NCBI GenBank assembly: GCA_965230945.1
Contig: OZ246397.1
Span: forward strand, 175,701 to 239,700
Direction: 5' to 3'
Length of the DNA: 64,000 bases
DNA from: an uncultured Gammaproteobacteria bacterium
GTDB taxonomy: Bacteria; Patescibacteriota; Microgenomatia; PFEM01; JAPLYW01
Part shown: piece by piece, positions 9,743-19,985 of the stretch
How positions within the stretch are numbered: the stretch's first letter is position 1
How the letters are laid out: each line of letters begins with the position of its first letter
Made by a program: the position numbers and the translations under genes
The notes under the pieces: generated by a model
The model's input: only the letters and a program-made list of their open reading frames with translations
The model's database searches: none
Told to the model about the DNA's origin: nothing

Positions 9743-11423
9743 GTTTGTATTTTATCACAAATCCCATCATTCCCAACCAGGCCATTAGAGAAAGATAATT
9801 ACCCACTTTCCTGACAGGCGTATCTCTTAACTTGGCTTCAATTTGATAATAACCCTCCCTCAATCTGAGGGTAATTAAGCCTAACTCATTTTCGTGATTA
9901 ATCGCCACCGTCTGACCATTAGCTAAAACCTGCCAACCTGGAAAATAAAATAAAGGTAGCTGAAGCAGGCTCTCTGAAAAAACTTCAACTTCAAAACTTT
10001 GCCAGTTGGTGCCTTTTTGAAAATTTTTAATCTGTCCGCCTTCACCTCTGACAAAATAAGGCTGGTCTGAGGCTGGCCTGGCTGGCGGCATGGAAGTGTA
10101 AATCGGCAGATAATCAAAAATCGCGTCGGTTTGTAATTTAGACCAGCCTTTGGCGGAAAAAAGTTTTTCTTCATCAGTAATTTTTAAGATTTTTTCCGGA
10201 CGAAAAAAGGAAAAATTGGTAAAAACAACGGCTAAAATCAACAAAACGGTTAAAATTAAAGCTTTCTTCTGATTTTTAACCAAAAGCAGAAGACTTCCCG
10301 AAAGTATGGCCACAAAAAATGAAGACAAACCCACAAAGCGCCAAGGAAACTGCATATTGGCCAAAATTGGCAGGGCTTTCCATAAAAAAGTAGAACGTTG
10401 ATGAGCCAAAAAAGCTGTTCCTAGGAAAAAAACAAAGAAAAGAGAAAACAGCCAAAATTCTTTCTTTTTTTTCTTAAACCATAACCAGGCAAAAACCAGC
10501 AGGGCAATTATTCCTACTCCCCAATGGAGCCGGCCAATGAGAAAAGACATCCCGTCTTCCGACCCCCAAACTGAAGCACCGTAACCCCAAAAACGGCTGA
10601 AAAAAAGCTGTTTGACCGTGGCAAAATGAGCCAAATAATTAAAATAGCCAATAAACATTGTTTCAACATGGACAAATTGTTTTTCAAAAATAACCGGGAG
10701 AGTGAAAAAGGCAGATAAACCAACTCCCCAAAGGCCACCTGCTAATAATCTCCAAACCAGCCTTTTTGGTTTTTTTAGATACCAGACAAGAAAAACTCCC
10801 CAAATCGCCAAAGCTGGAGTTATAAAGAAGGCCATTAAATTGTGAGATAAAAGTAATAAAGCAAAGAAAAATGCTAAAATCGCAACAAAAACTTTTTTTT
10901 CTTCTTTAACAATTTTTAAGATTGCCCAAAAAACCGCCGGGAAGAAAACCAACCCCCAAAATTCATTTAAAGCTCCCCGCACATAAACATCCACGGCATG
11001 ATAAGGAGCGTAAAGATAAAAAGCCGCCACAACCAAACCTCCATATTTTCCCCATAATTCTTTACCTAACAAATAAGCAAAAATACCGGAGAAGATTAGT
11101 CCCAAAACGAATAAAATTTTTATTGAGTTAATATAACTGTTACCCAAAAGGTGAAAAATTTCCCCTATATAATAAGGCAAGGGTGGATAGTAATTAAAAA
11201 GCGGATAACCATAGCCATAGCCCATATCCGGCACCCAACGACAAGGAATTTGCCCATCACGAAAGCATAAATCCATTTGGTAAAGGCGTCCAATCTGTAA
11301 ATCATCATGCATGGGAAAATAGCCTGGGCCTAACAAACACCAAAAAGTAGGAAGGGCAATTAAAATAATTAAAATCACCCACCAGAAAGATTGTCCCTTG
11401 ATGTTTTTAAAGAATTTCTTCAC
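9717..11423 (-). CDS. large polytopic membrane protein with extracytoplasmic C-terminal domain (GT-C-like)
   Basis: N-terminal FPMHDDLQIGRLYQMD and GYGYGYPLFNYYPPLPYY loop motifs, many TM segments. Family not securely identified. Confidence 0.4.
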   Translation of the reverse strand: MKKFFKNIKGQSFWWVILIILIALPTFWCLLGPGYFPMHDDLQIGRLYQMDLCFRDGQIPCRWVPDMGYGYGYPLFNYYPPLPYYIGEIFHLLGNSYINSIKILFVLGLIFSGIFAYLLGKELWGKYGGLVVAAFYLYAPYHAVDVYVRGALNEFWGLVFFPAVFWAILKIVKEEKKVFVAILAFFFALLLLSHNLMAFFITPALAIWGVFLVWYLKKPKRLVWRLLAGGLWGVGLSAFFTLPVIFEKQFVHVETMFIGYFNYLAHFATVKQLFFSRFWGYGASVWGSEDGMSFLIGRLHWGVGIIALLVFAWLWFKKKKKEFWLFSLFFVFFLGTAFLAHQRSTFLWKALPILANMQFPWRFVGLSSFFVAILSGSLLLLVKNQKKALILTVLLILAVVFTNFSFFRPEKILKITDEEKLFSAKGWSKLQTDAIFDYLPIYTSMPPARPASDQPYFVRGEGGQIKNFQKGTNWQSFEVEVFSESLLQLPLFYFPGWQVLANGQTVAINHENELGLITLRLREGYYQIEAKLRDTPVRKVGNYLSLMAWLGMMGFVIKYKHGRANKGT

Positions 11424-12970
11424 CTTGTTTTAGATTGCCAATAATCTTTATCTAATTCAAACAACAATAACTTATCCCGATGACCATCCGGCCAAAAAGC
11501 TTTAGGGTATTCTTTAATTAATTTCAAGCCATGGCTTTCCGGCAATAAGTTTAAACGGCTCTGATTGACCAAAAGATAAACCTCATTATCGACCAAAGAA
11601 TTAACTAAACTCGGGTGAACTTCCACGACCGGCCAACCCACACCAATGACTCTAATATTTGAGGTTCCCTCAAGATAAATTTGCAAACCATCAGGCAAAG
11701 TACCAAAAAATCCTTCGGTACCGACAAAAATTTGATTGACTTTGGTCCTCTCTTTCAAGAACGCAGCGCTTTCCTTAATTCCCTGACCGGCCGTCCACTC
11801 TTCCAAATGGCCATTGCGAAGATTTCTGGGCAAAGGTGCCTTTTCCGGGTTGGTCAAAAGATACCAATCATATGTAAAAGCAGGAACTAAAATGATTACC
11901 AACACTATGACCAACCAATATTTACGCTTGAGTTGAACCCAAAGCCATTCTAAGAAGAAAGCAGTAAAAAGTAAAAGCGGCCAAATGGTAAAAAGAATGT
12001 AGCGTGGGGTAAAAACTTTGGCAAAAACTGCTTGACTCAAAAGTGGCACTATCATCCAAATCAGTAAAAATATGCTGGCTTTCCATTTTTTTCTTAAAGC
12101 GACGATCATTCCCCCTAAACTTGCCAGAAAAATAGGCCAGGTCAAAAGATTGGGAAACCAACTAGCCAAATCACCAAGGTGAGGTTTTAAGGGATCAAGT
12201 GGATGAGATAAAATTTCTTTAACACTAAAAAGGTAATCTTTATTGCGAAGAGCAATCATCTGAAAACCGGGACCCAAACGCAGCAAAAAATTATAAATGC
12301 CAAAACCAAAAAGCCAAACGACCGCCCATAAAGATAAAATTTTGCCAAAATTATTTTTGGGTAAAAATAACAAAGCAACAGGGAAAAAAATAGCAAAAAA
12401 GACGGCCGGTGATTTAGTCAACATCGCTCCACCTAAAATCATTCCCGATATCATGGCCAAATCCCATCTTTGATATTTAATCAGCCATAAACTTAAACAA
12501 GCCAACCAAATGCCAAACATTGCCAGAAGCGAATCAACCAAAGCCAGTCGATCAAAGAAAACAAAAAAAGGCAAAATGGCGTACAAAAGAGCCGCTATCA
12601 AAGAAATTCTTTTTTCTTTAAACAGCAACCAGGCCAAAAAACCAAGACCAATCATAGAGCCCAAACCAGCTAGAACTGACAAGAATCGGCCGGCCAAAAG
12701 TGGATCGGAAAAAACTTTTAAAAAAGGAATGGTCAGCCACATAAAAAGAGGCTGTTTGCCATCAGAAAGGGGTAAAAACCTCAAAGTTGGTTCTGCTCTC
12801 ATTACTTGAGACCAGCGAAGATAAATGGCCTCGTCGGCAAAAACCGGGAGAATGGTCAGATGAAATAATCTCAAGAAAAAGAAGACGGCCAAAATACCGA
12901 GGCCTAAAAGAATAAGTAGCCAGATGTTAGTTTTAAATTTTAAATTTTTAATTTTTAATTTAATTATCAT
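11420..12970 (-). CDS. ArnT/PMT-like GT-C glycosyltransferase (GT39/83)
   Basis: LRLFHLTILPVFADEAIYLRWSQVM, the DE-containing first periplasmic loop of 4-amino-arabinose / protein-O-mannosyl transferases. Polytopic. Confidence 0.65.
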   Translation of the reverse strand: MIIKLKIKNLKFKTNIWLLILLGLGILAVFFFLRLFHLTILPVFADEAIYLRWSQVMRAEPTLRFLPLSDGKQPLFMWLTIPFLKVFSDPLLAGRFLSVLAGLGSMIGLGFLAWLLFKEKRISLIAALLYAILPFFVFFDRLALVDSLLAMFGIWLACLSLWLIKYQRWDLAMISGMILGGAMLTKSPAVFFAIFFPVALLFLPKNNFGKILSLWAVVWLFGFGIYNFLLRLGPGFQMIALRNKDYLFSVKEILSHPLDPLKPHLGDLASWFPNLLTWPIFLASLGGMIVALRKKWKASIFLLIWMIVPLLSQAVFAKVFTPRYILFTIWPLLLFTAFFLEWLWVQLKRKYWLVIVLVIILVPAFTYDWYLLTNPEKAPLPRNLRNGHLEEWTAGQGIKESAAFLKERTKVNQIFVGTEGFFGTLPDGLQIYLEGTSNIRVIGVGWPVVEVHPSLVNSLVDNEVYLLVNQSRLNLLPESHGLKLIKEYPKAFWPDGHRDKLLLFELDKDYWQSKTR

Positions 12971-13709
12971 ATTTCCTCTTTAAATCATTAATTTTAACTC
13001 TTAAAATTTCTATCAGCATCTCCTTTGACTCTTTGAAATATTTCTTTTCTTTCCTCACATCTTTATCTTCCCAGTCAACAATGACTTCGGCTATTCGATA
13101 ACCCTTTTTTTGCGCGATAAAAAGCAATTCCACGTCAAAAGCCCCTACTTTCCAACCTTGAGTTTTTTTGGCTTCTTTGAAAATCAACAAGCGGGAAAAA
13201 AGGTCTTTGGCAACCCTGTTTTTAAAAGCCTTAAAACCGCATTGAGTATCAATAATGTTTTTTAAAAGAAGTTTTTGTCTTACTAAACGAAAGACGTTAG
13301 AACCAACTAATCTTAGAAGAGAGAAACCTTCTCTCTTTTCGCCGCGAGAACCGATAACAACCTCAAATCCTTTTTCAAAAAAGGGTAAAAGTTTAGCTAA
13401 TTCACGAATAGGAGCTGATTGATCCATATCGGTAAATAAAATTATTTCACCTTGGGCTTTTTGTACACCCGCCCTGATGGCAAAAGGTTTACCGGCATGT
13501 TTGTTTTGAAGAAGTTTAAAACGGGGATGAAGTTCGAGGTAGTTTCTGATAAATTCCAAACTTCCATCAGTTGATTCATCATCGGAAATAATTACTTCAC
13601 TTTGATATTTTTGCTTTTGCAAATAATTCTCCACCTCATCCAGAACGCCTCTTTTGAGATTTTTTTCTTCGTTGTAACAGGGAATAATTACTGATAAAAA
13701 GGGTCTCAT
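12960..13709 (-). CDS. GT2 polyprenyl-phosphate glycosyltransferase (DPM1/ArnC-like)
   Basis: LSVIIPCYNEEKNL...ISDDESTDGS...DMDQS motifs. Overlaps the downstream GT-C gene by 11 nt. Confidence 0.7.
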   Translation of the reverse strand: MRPFLSVIIPCYNEEKNLKRGVLDEVENYLQKQKYQSEVIISDDESTDGSLEFIRNYLELHPRFKLLQNKHAGKPFAIRAGVQKAQGEIILFTDMDQSAPIRELAKLLPFFEKGFEVVIGSRGEKREGFSLLRLVGSNVFRLVRQKLLLKNIIDTQCGFKAFKNRVAKDLFSRLLIFKEAKKTQGWKVGAFDVELLFIAQKKGYRIAEVIVDWEDKDVRKEKKYFKESKEMLIEILRVKINDLKRKYDN

Positions 13710-15229
13710 TTGTTTTTCCTCAATCTTCTTTCCACCGTCACGCCACCGAATTTTTGACTTTTAACCGTTTCGGCAATTTCATCCTGCCTGGCCAGCCAAG
13801 CGTCTAAGAAAAAGGGGTGTTCTAAATCCACTTCATAAAGAGTATACAAGAGTGGCACATTTTCCACCACTGGTTGGTAATGGTAGACTCTTTCTCCCCG
13901 CCATTTAAATAAATATTCATAAGCATAAGGAATCACCGGCGGAACATAAACATCAACATTAAAGTTTTCTTCCTTGGCATCTTCATAAATCCAGTCAACT
14001 GACTGCAATTGATTGCCTAAAGTGATATGGGTTGGGCCGTCAACACCGGCAGATAAATAATTTTTCAAAAAGGGCAGATTAAAATAGGCAAACCAGAAAA
14101 TAATCAGGGCAAAAAGCGGCCAGTAAATTTTTTTCTTAAATAAAAAGGCCACAAAAAGGGCAAAAAGAAGGATAAAAGCTGGGAAAAAACCGGTGAGGTA
14201 ATAATCATAAAGCTGGCCATAATTACCGACAAAAAACAACAAAAAGAAAAGGGGGACAAAAAGAAAAATCAGCAAAATTAGAATCATTGAATTTTCTTCG
14301 CTTTTTCTTTTAATAGCCAGCGGCAGTTTAAAGATTAAAAAGATTAGCCATAGGGCAGATAAAAATTTAGAACCATATGACGGGTTAGTCTCTAATTTTG
14401 AAAAGAAGATATTAAAGTAGGCAAAAATTCTTTCTTTGATAAATTCTAAGGTTGGTAAAGCCCAAGTTTTGGCTATATCTGTATTAATCCCTCCCCTGCT
14501 GAAGCTGAAAAAATTTCTAGTCATTAAAAATTTATTCTTCACCTCAAATAAGGCTTGAGGTACCAAAAAGGCAAGGAAAATCCCTATCGCCCAGAAAAGA
14601 TTTTTTTTACTTTTTATTTTTGGCCGGAAAATCAGCCACATTAAAGCGATTGAGGGAATAAAGAAAATGGCACTCGCCATTTCCAATTGTAAAGAAACCG
14701 CCAAACATAAAGAAACCAAAATTAGATATTTATCTTTCTTTTGAAGAAAAAATCTCCCCAAACCATAAAGTAACAAAATGGTAAAAAAGGGTACCGGCGA
14801 AGGGTTAGAAAGCCAACGGGCCGAAAGAGTCAAATAATAAGAAAAGCCCCAGAAAAAAGCCGCTAGCAAACCAACCCTCCGGTTGTAAAATTCCTTTCCT
14901 AACCAATACATTAAAAAAACCGCCCCGACGTCAAAAAGGGCCACAAAACTCGCTGCCACCGTCGGATTACCTCGTCCGATAAAATAAAAAGGGGTCAAAA
15001 AATAAAACCAGAAAGGGCCTAAAAACAAACCGGCAATCCCTGTCGTTGGACCAATAGCCGGAAAATCCTTTAAAGCCAGAATTTCCTGGACTTTTAAAGC
15101 ATCGCGACCTTGATCATAATAAAAACCCAAAAGAGCATCAACCCGATAAAGACGAAAAAAGACAGAGGCCAGAATAATCACCAGCAGTAAAAAATAAACA
15201 ATTTTGTTTTCTTTAATTTCTTTTTTCAT
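13706..15229 (-). CDS. ArnT/PMT-like GT-C glycosyltransferase
   Basis: FRLYRVDALLGFYYDQGRDALKVQEILALKDFPAIGPTTG... Paralogue of 4899..6452 and 15226..16779. Confidence 0.6.
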   Translation of the reverse strand: MKKEIKENKIVYFLLLVIILASVFFRLYRVDALLGFYYDQGRDALKVQEILALKDFPAIGPTTGIAGLFLGPFWFYFLTPFYFIGRGNPTVAASFVALFDVGAVFLMYWLGKEFYNRRVGLLAAFFWGFSYYLTLSARWLSNPSPVPFFTILLLYGLGRFFLQKKDKYLILVSLCLAVSLQLEMASAIFFIPSIALMWLIFRPKIKSKKNLFWAIGIFLAFLVPQALFEVKNKFLMTRNFFSFSRGGINTDIAKTWALPTLEFIKERIFAYFNIFFSKLETNPSYGSKFLSALWLIFLIFKLPLAIKRKSEENSMILILLIFLFVPLFFLLFFVGNYGQLYDYYLTGFFPAFILLFALFVAFLFKKKIYWPLFALIIFWFAYFNLPFLKNYLSAGVDGPTHITLGNQLQSVDWIYEDAKEENFNVDVYVPPVIPYAYEYLFKWRGERVYHYQPVVENVPLLYTLYEVDLEHPFFLDAWLARQDEIAETVKSQKFGGVTVERRLRKNK

Positions 15230-16779
15230 TGGTTAGGATAATTATGAATCAATTTATAAACGTCTACTCCTTCAATTTGCCATTTTTCGGCAATCTTTGT
15301 CCAGCCGAACATGGCAATTTCGGCTTTAGGATGGTAAATCGGCTGGCAAGATGCTTGTTCACAGATGACAAAAAGCTGCTGGGTAATGGTTTCTTTGGCT
15401 TTTTCCGGTTCGATTCTTGTTGGCGGTTTACCCCACTTTTCCATAAAAAAAGCATAAGCCTCATCGTAATTCCTTTCCGCCACCAAAGCCAGATTAAAAG
15501 GTTTACTTCCAGTCTTATCCAGAATAAAACGGGCGATAACCTGGGTTCTTTGTAACTGTCGGGCCGGCGGATAACGCAAGGGTGATTCTTTGACCGCCAG
15601 AAAAACCAAAAAACCAATAATCAATAAAGTAAAAAGCTTCCTCCAAATTTTTCCCACCCAAATCATGCCCAAAAACCAGCCGACCAACAAAAAAGGAACT
15701 GGAAAAAAGAAACCGAAATAATGGTCATAAATAGGCTGTTTGTAGTTGCCCAAACCAAACAAACCAACCAAAAACCAAACCAGAATTAAGAATAAACCGG
15801 CGTTTCGGGTGATAAAACGATGCCAGTCAGTCAATAAATTCTCTCTGATGACTTTCAAGCCCACTATTAGACTCATTATCAAAGCTAGCCATCTTCCCCA
15901 GTAAACATCTTTCCCAGCCACCAGGCGGGTGAAAACTTCTTTGGTCAAAAGCCATAAATGAGGAATAGCTTTGTAAATTTTAAAGTTGACTGTTTCCTGA
16001 GAATCGGTAAAGAATTTTTTGAAAGCCTGGTAGTTAATAAAACCATGACGCAGATCAAACCAAACCAAAGGGGTCACGGTTAAAAAAAGAAAAATAATTA
16101 AAGCCCAAAAGCTGTGAAGCCCAAAACGTTTGGCTGGTTGTTTACTCCTTTTCAGTTCAAGGAAAGTCATCAGCCAAAAAAGACCAATGGTTGGCAGCAG
16201 CAACAAACCAAGCCAATGGGATTGTAAGGCAAAAGAAAGGGACACACCGAGAACCGGCAGCCACCAAAATTGTTTTTTTTGCCAAACTCGCCAAAGACCG
16301 TAGATCGAAAGAAGAGCAAAAAAGGGCATGACGTTAGGATTCCAAGAAGAACGAGAATAAATAATGACAACTGGTGAGATGGCATACAAAAAAGAGGCGA
16401 TGATTGCTCCTTTTTTGCCGACCCATTCCCGGCCGAAAAAATAAATCAGGGCAGTAGTTGTAATCCCCAAAAGCGCCACCAGCGCCGCCGGACCGACCGG
16501 CGAAAGACGGAAGACAGCCATAGCCGGCAACATTAAATAATAATAAAGGGGGCCTAAATACATATTGCCGACGGAAGTCACCGGTCCGATTAAGCGAAAC
16601 TTATAGTCAACAATCATCCGCTTGACCGCCAGGGCATCGCGCCCTTCATCGCCTAAAAAAGCCATGTACTCCGGTAAGCGCCAGAAACGCAAAAAAGCGG
16701 CCACAACAAGAATTAAAAGTAATATCAATAAATAATTGTTTTTCCTTAAAAATTTCATCCTTATCTTAATTTTCTCCAA
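15226..16779 (-). CDS. ArnT/PMT-like GT-C glycosyltransferase
   Basis: FLRFWRLPEYMAFLGDEGRDALAVKRMIVDYKFRLIGPVTS.... 4-nt overlap with the next gene. Confidence 0.6.
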   Translation of the reverse strand: MEKIKIRMKFLRKNNYLLILLLILVVAAFLRFWRLPEYMAFLGDEGRDALAVKRMIVDYKFRLIGPVTSVGNMYLGPLYYYLMLPAMAVFRLSPVGPAALVALLGITTTALIYFFGREWVGKKGAIIASFLYAISPVVIIYSRSSWNPNVMPFFALLSIYGLWRVWQKKQFWWLPVLGVSLSFALQSHWLGLLLLPTIGLFWLMTFLELKRSKQPAKRFGLHSFWALIIFLFLTVTPLVWFDLRHGFINYQAFKKFFTDSQETVNFKIYKAIPHLWLLTKEVFTRLVAGKDVYWGRWLALIMSLIVGLKVIRENLLTDWHRFITRNAGLFLILVWFLVGLFGLGNYKQPIYDHYFGFFFPVPFLLVGWFLGMIWVGKIWRKLFTLLIIGFLVFLAVKESPLRYPPARQLQRTQVIARFILDKTGSKPFNLALVAERNYDEAYAFFMEKWGKPPTRIEPEKAKETITQQLFVICEQASCQPIYHPKAEIAMFGWTKIAEKWQIEGVDVYKLIHNYPNQ

Positions 16780-17474
16780 AGCCGTAAAAGATCAATAAAA
16801 CTTTTAACAATGACTTTCAAATCAGCACCCGTTGAACTCCCAGCAATGTCGGGGTAATGATGAACCCCTACCTCAGCAATCTTAAAACCAGCCTTTTTGG
16901 CTTTGATTAAAAATTCACTGCTGATAAAAGCACCTCTTTCCGATTCCAGTTTAGGAATTTTATCAACAACTTCTTTTCTAAAAAGCCTAAAGCCGCAATC
17001 AATCCACTTCACCCTTAAGCCAAAAAACAAGGAAATGATAGTATGCCATAGAAAAGTATTAATTTTTCTGACAAAAGTGACGCCTCTTTTCAGGGTATAA
17101 CCCCAAACAATATCGGCGCCAGTTTCCTTCTGTTTCTTAAAAAACTTTCTCACCTCATTAAAGTCAAATTGGCCGTCGGCATCAATTAAAACCACCCAGG
17201 GAAAACGCGCCGCATACATGCCTGATTTCAAAGCCGCTCCATAACCACGATTAGGTTGATGGTGAATAACTTTGACTTTTTTATTCTGTGAAGCGAGTAA
17301 ATCGGCAATCTCTCCTGTTCTATCCTTGGACCCATCATTAACAATAATAATCTCGTAATTACCGGCGATTTTTCTTAAAATCTCATCAACATTTTTTGTG
17401 GTTTTGGCCAGCATTTTTTCTTCATTGTAAGCCGGCAAAAAAACAGAAAGTTCGTCAACGGCCTTCATGTACAA
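16761..17474 (-). CDS. GT2 polyprenyl-phosphate glycosyltransferase (DPM1/ArnC-like)
   Basis: LSVFLPAYNEEKML...VNDGSKDRTGEIA...DADGQFD. First gene of the minus-strand array. Confidence 0.7.
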   Translation of the reverse strand: MYMKAVDELSVFLPAYNEEKMLAKTTKNVDEILRKIAGNYEIIIVNDGSKDRTGEIADLLASQNKKVKVIHHQPNRGYGAALKSGMYAARFPWVVLIDADGQFDFNEVRKFFKKQKETGADIVWGYTLKRGVTFVRKINTFLWHTIISLFFGLRVKWIDCGFRLFRKEVVDKIPKLESERGAFISSEFLIKAKKAGFKIAEVGVHHYPDIAGSSTGADLKVIVKSFIDLLRLWRKLR

Positions 17475-17529
17475 AAGTATAGCATAAAAAATTATTTTTT
17501 AGAATTGATTTATGCTATTATAGATATTA

Positions 17530-18687
17530 ATGAAAAAATCCGGACGAGATTGCCTTTTAATCGCTTTTGTCTCTCTGCTTTCTACTTTTTTCATTTGGCT
17601 TCCTTTTTTCCTAAGGTTATCCAGTTTTTGGAAAATGCCGCTGCCGGGTGAAGGAATGGCAACGATTATGAAAAACTTTGACGGGCTTTATTATGTAGTC
17701 ATCGCCAAGTCTTTTTATCACCCAGAGATAATTAACAACCTTTTTTCTTTCCCCTTACCAGCCATTTATTATACAGCTCATTTCCCTCTTTATCCGTTAT
17801 TAATTAAACTTTTTTCTCCAATTTTTGGCTATCTTTGGTCAATGCTTTCCATTACTCTCATTTCTTCTACTCTAGCCGCTGTTGTTTTTTATCTGTTTGT
17901 TAAAGAATTTAAATATTCCAAATCAGTCCTCTGGCTGACTTTTGTCTTTCTTCTTTTTCCCGCTCGCTGGTTGGTAGTCCGCTCAGTTGGCTCACCTGAA
18001 CCTTTGTTTATTCTGCTTATTTTAACTTCTTTTTTCTTTTTTAAGAAAAAAAATTATTGGCTGGCGGGGATTTTCGGAGCTTTAACCCAACTAACCAAAC
18101 CGCCGGGAATTTTACTCTTCCTGGGCTATACAGCCTTCCTTTTGGTGGAAAACTGGCCGGAATTAAGAAAAAGGGCAATGACTACTCTAGTTAATCTTTT
18201 CAAGAAAGCTTATCCTCTGCTTTTAATTCCTTTAGCCTTGCTTTGTCTCTTCACCTACTATCGTTTTGCCTACGGTGATTTTTGGGCTTACTTTCATTCC
18301 GGTATTAATGTTCATCCTATTTTTTGGCCACCTTTCCAGGTTTTCAATATCAGTGCCCGTTGGGTAGGAACTTTTTGGTTGGAAGAGATTATCTATGTTT
18401 TCCTTTTGGGAATTTTGGGAGTTGTTTATCTTTTCAAACAAAAACGCCTTGATTTAGGAATTTTTACAGCGGTTTTCTTTCTCAGTACCTTGTTTGTCGC
18501 CCATCGTGACATTTCACGCTATAGTCTGCCATTAGTACCCTTTTTGTTAATTGCTTTTGAGCCGTTTTTAATTAAGAAAGAATTTAAAATTGCTTTTGCC
18601 GTTATTCTTTTGCCGATTTTCCTTTATGCTATTAACTTTCTCGCCGGCAATACCTTGCCCTTAGCCGACTGGGCACCATTTTTATAA
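17530..18687 (+). CDS. polytopic membrane protein (possible mannosyltransferase-like)
   Basis: 385 aa, about 11 TM helices. Divergently transcribed from the glycosylation array. No diagnostic motif recognised. Confidence 0.4.
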   Translation: MKKSGRDCLLIAFVSLLSTFFIWLPFFLRLSSFWKMPLPGEGMATIMKNFDGLYYVVIAKSFYHPEIINNLFSFPLPAIYYTAHFPLYPLLIKLFSPIFGYLWSMLSITLISSTLAAVVFYLFVKEFKYSKSVLWLTFVFLLFPARWLVVRSVGSPEPLFILLILTSFFFFKKKNYWLAGIFGALTQLTKPPGILLFLGYTAFLLVENWPELRKRAMTTLVNLFKKAYPLLLIPLALLCLFTYYRFAYGDFWAYFHSGINVHPIFWPPFQVFNISARWVGTFWLEEIIYVFLLGILGVVYLFKQKRLDLGIFTAVFFLSTLFVAHRDISRYSLPLVPFLLIAFEPFLIKKEFKIAFAVILLPIFLYAINFLAGNTLPLADWAPFL

Positions 18688-18694
18688 AAGAAAA

Positions 18695-19867
18695 TTAGCC
18701 AAGTTTTTCTTGAAGTTTCTTTAAGAAGGGAATTTTCCAGCTTTTCCAAATAAAGATATTATACATAGAATAGTTATAAGGGATAACGAAAAAGGCAATG
18801 GCAATTATCAAATAAAGCTGGCGGTATTGGTCACCAAAGAACTTTGCTAAAAGACCTACCACCACTCCTTGAATTAAAACCGCCCCTAGAGAAGTAAGAT
18901 TAAACTGGAAGAATTTCCAAATAATCTTTTTAAAACCAGTAATCTTTTCCTTACCAAAGGTCCAAACATTATTTAAAGTAAAATTAGAGATAATGGCCAA
19001 CTCCGCTCCTAAAGCAGCCGCTATACCAGGCATTAACCCTAATCTGTAAAAACCCTCTAACCCTAAAGCATTAATCAAATAACCAATAAAACCAACTGTA
19101 GCAAATTTTAAAAATTTAAGCGTTTTAGGATCAGTTAATCTAATGATAATAATGGCAATAAAAGTACCTATAACGGTACTAAAAGGCATTTTCGTCTCTC
19201 CCGCTTCTCTTAACCTAAACTGAAGAGGAATTTCTATTACTTTCACACCTTCTAGATTAACAATCTGATAAAGCATCTGTGTTTTGTAATAAAAACCTTC
19301 AGAAATCCTATTAAAGTCAACCTTATCCAAAACCCCTTTTATTCTGGTTAGCTTAAGACCAGTACTTACATCTTTAACTTTGTTAATATGAGGAAAAAAG
19401 AGCACAGCCCGAGAAAACAAACCGCCATATTTAGTCAAAAAATTACGATAGAAGCCCCAATCTTCAGGAATTGAACCACCTTTGACAAAACGAGAACCAA
19501 TAACATAATCATAACCTTCGTTAAACTTTTTAACCAAGTCAATAATATGTTTTGGATCATGTTGAAAATCGGCATCAAACTCAATCACGGCATCGGCTTT
19601 CATCTCTTTCATGGCATAATTCATGCCTCTTTGATAAGCGGCCCCTAAACCCTGCCTATTACCTAAAGAAAGAATGACATTAGAATATCTCTTCATCTTT
19701 TCTTTAACTATATCTGCCGTCCCATCAGGAGATTTATCATCAACAACTAAAACCTCCATTTGAGTATCCTTGATCTGAGGGAAAACTTCTTCTTCTAAAA
19801 CATCGATCATACGACCAATGTTTTCTTTTTCATTATAAGTGGGAATGATGACAACAACTTCTTTCAT
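18695..19867 (-). CDS. GT2 glycosyltransferase fused to C-terminal GtrA-like membrane domain (polyprenyl-phosphate hexose synthase)
   Basis: VVVIIPTYNEKENI...VVDDKSPDGTADIV...DADFQHDP, then four C-terminal TM helices as in GtrA/DPM synthase fusions. Confidence 0.7.
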   Translation of the reverse strand: MKEVVVIIPTYNEKENIGRMIDVLEEEVFPQIKDTQMEVLVVDDKSPDGTADIVKEKMKRYSNVILSLGNRQGLGAAYQRGMNYAMKEMKADAVIEFDADFQHDPKHIIDLVKKFNEGYDYVIGSRFVKGGSIPEDWGFYRNFLTKYGGLFSRAVLFFPHINKVKDVSTGLKLTRIKGVLDKVDFNRISEGFYYKTQMLYQIVNLEGVKVIEIPLQFRLREAGETKMPFSTVIGTFIAIIIIRLTDPKTLKFLKFATVGFIGYLINALGLEGFYRLGLMPGIAAALGAELAIISNFTLNNVWTFGKEKITGFKKIIWKFFQFNLTSLGAVLIQGVVVGLLAKFFGDQYRQLYLIIAIAFFVIPYNYSMYNIFIWKSWKIPFLKKLQEKLG

Positions 19868-19985
19868 TATCTTAATTATATGATAACATTTTCCAAAAAA
19901 TAATAGCCATTTATCTTAATACAAGTAGTCCAAGAATAAGACTAGCTTCAAACTAAAGCAATTAAATGATAGAATTACAGCTACT

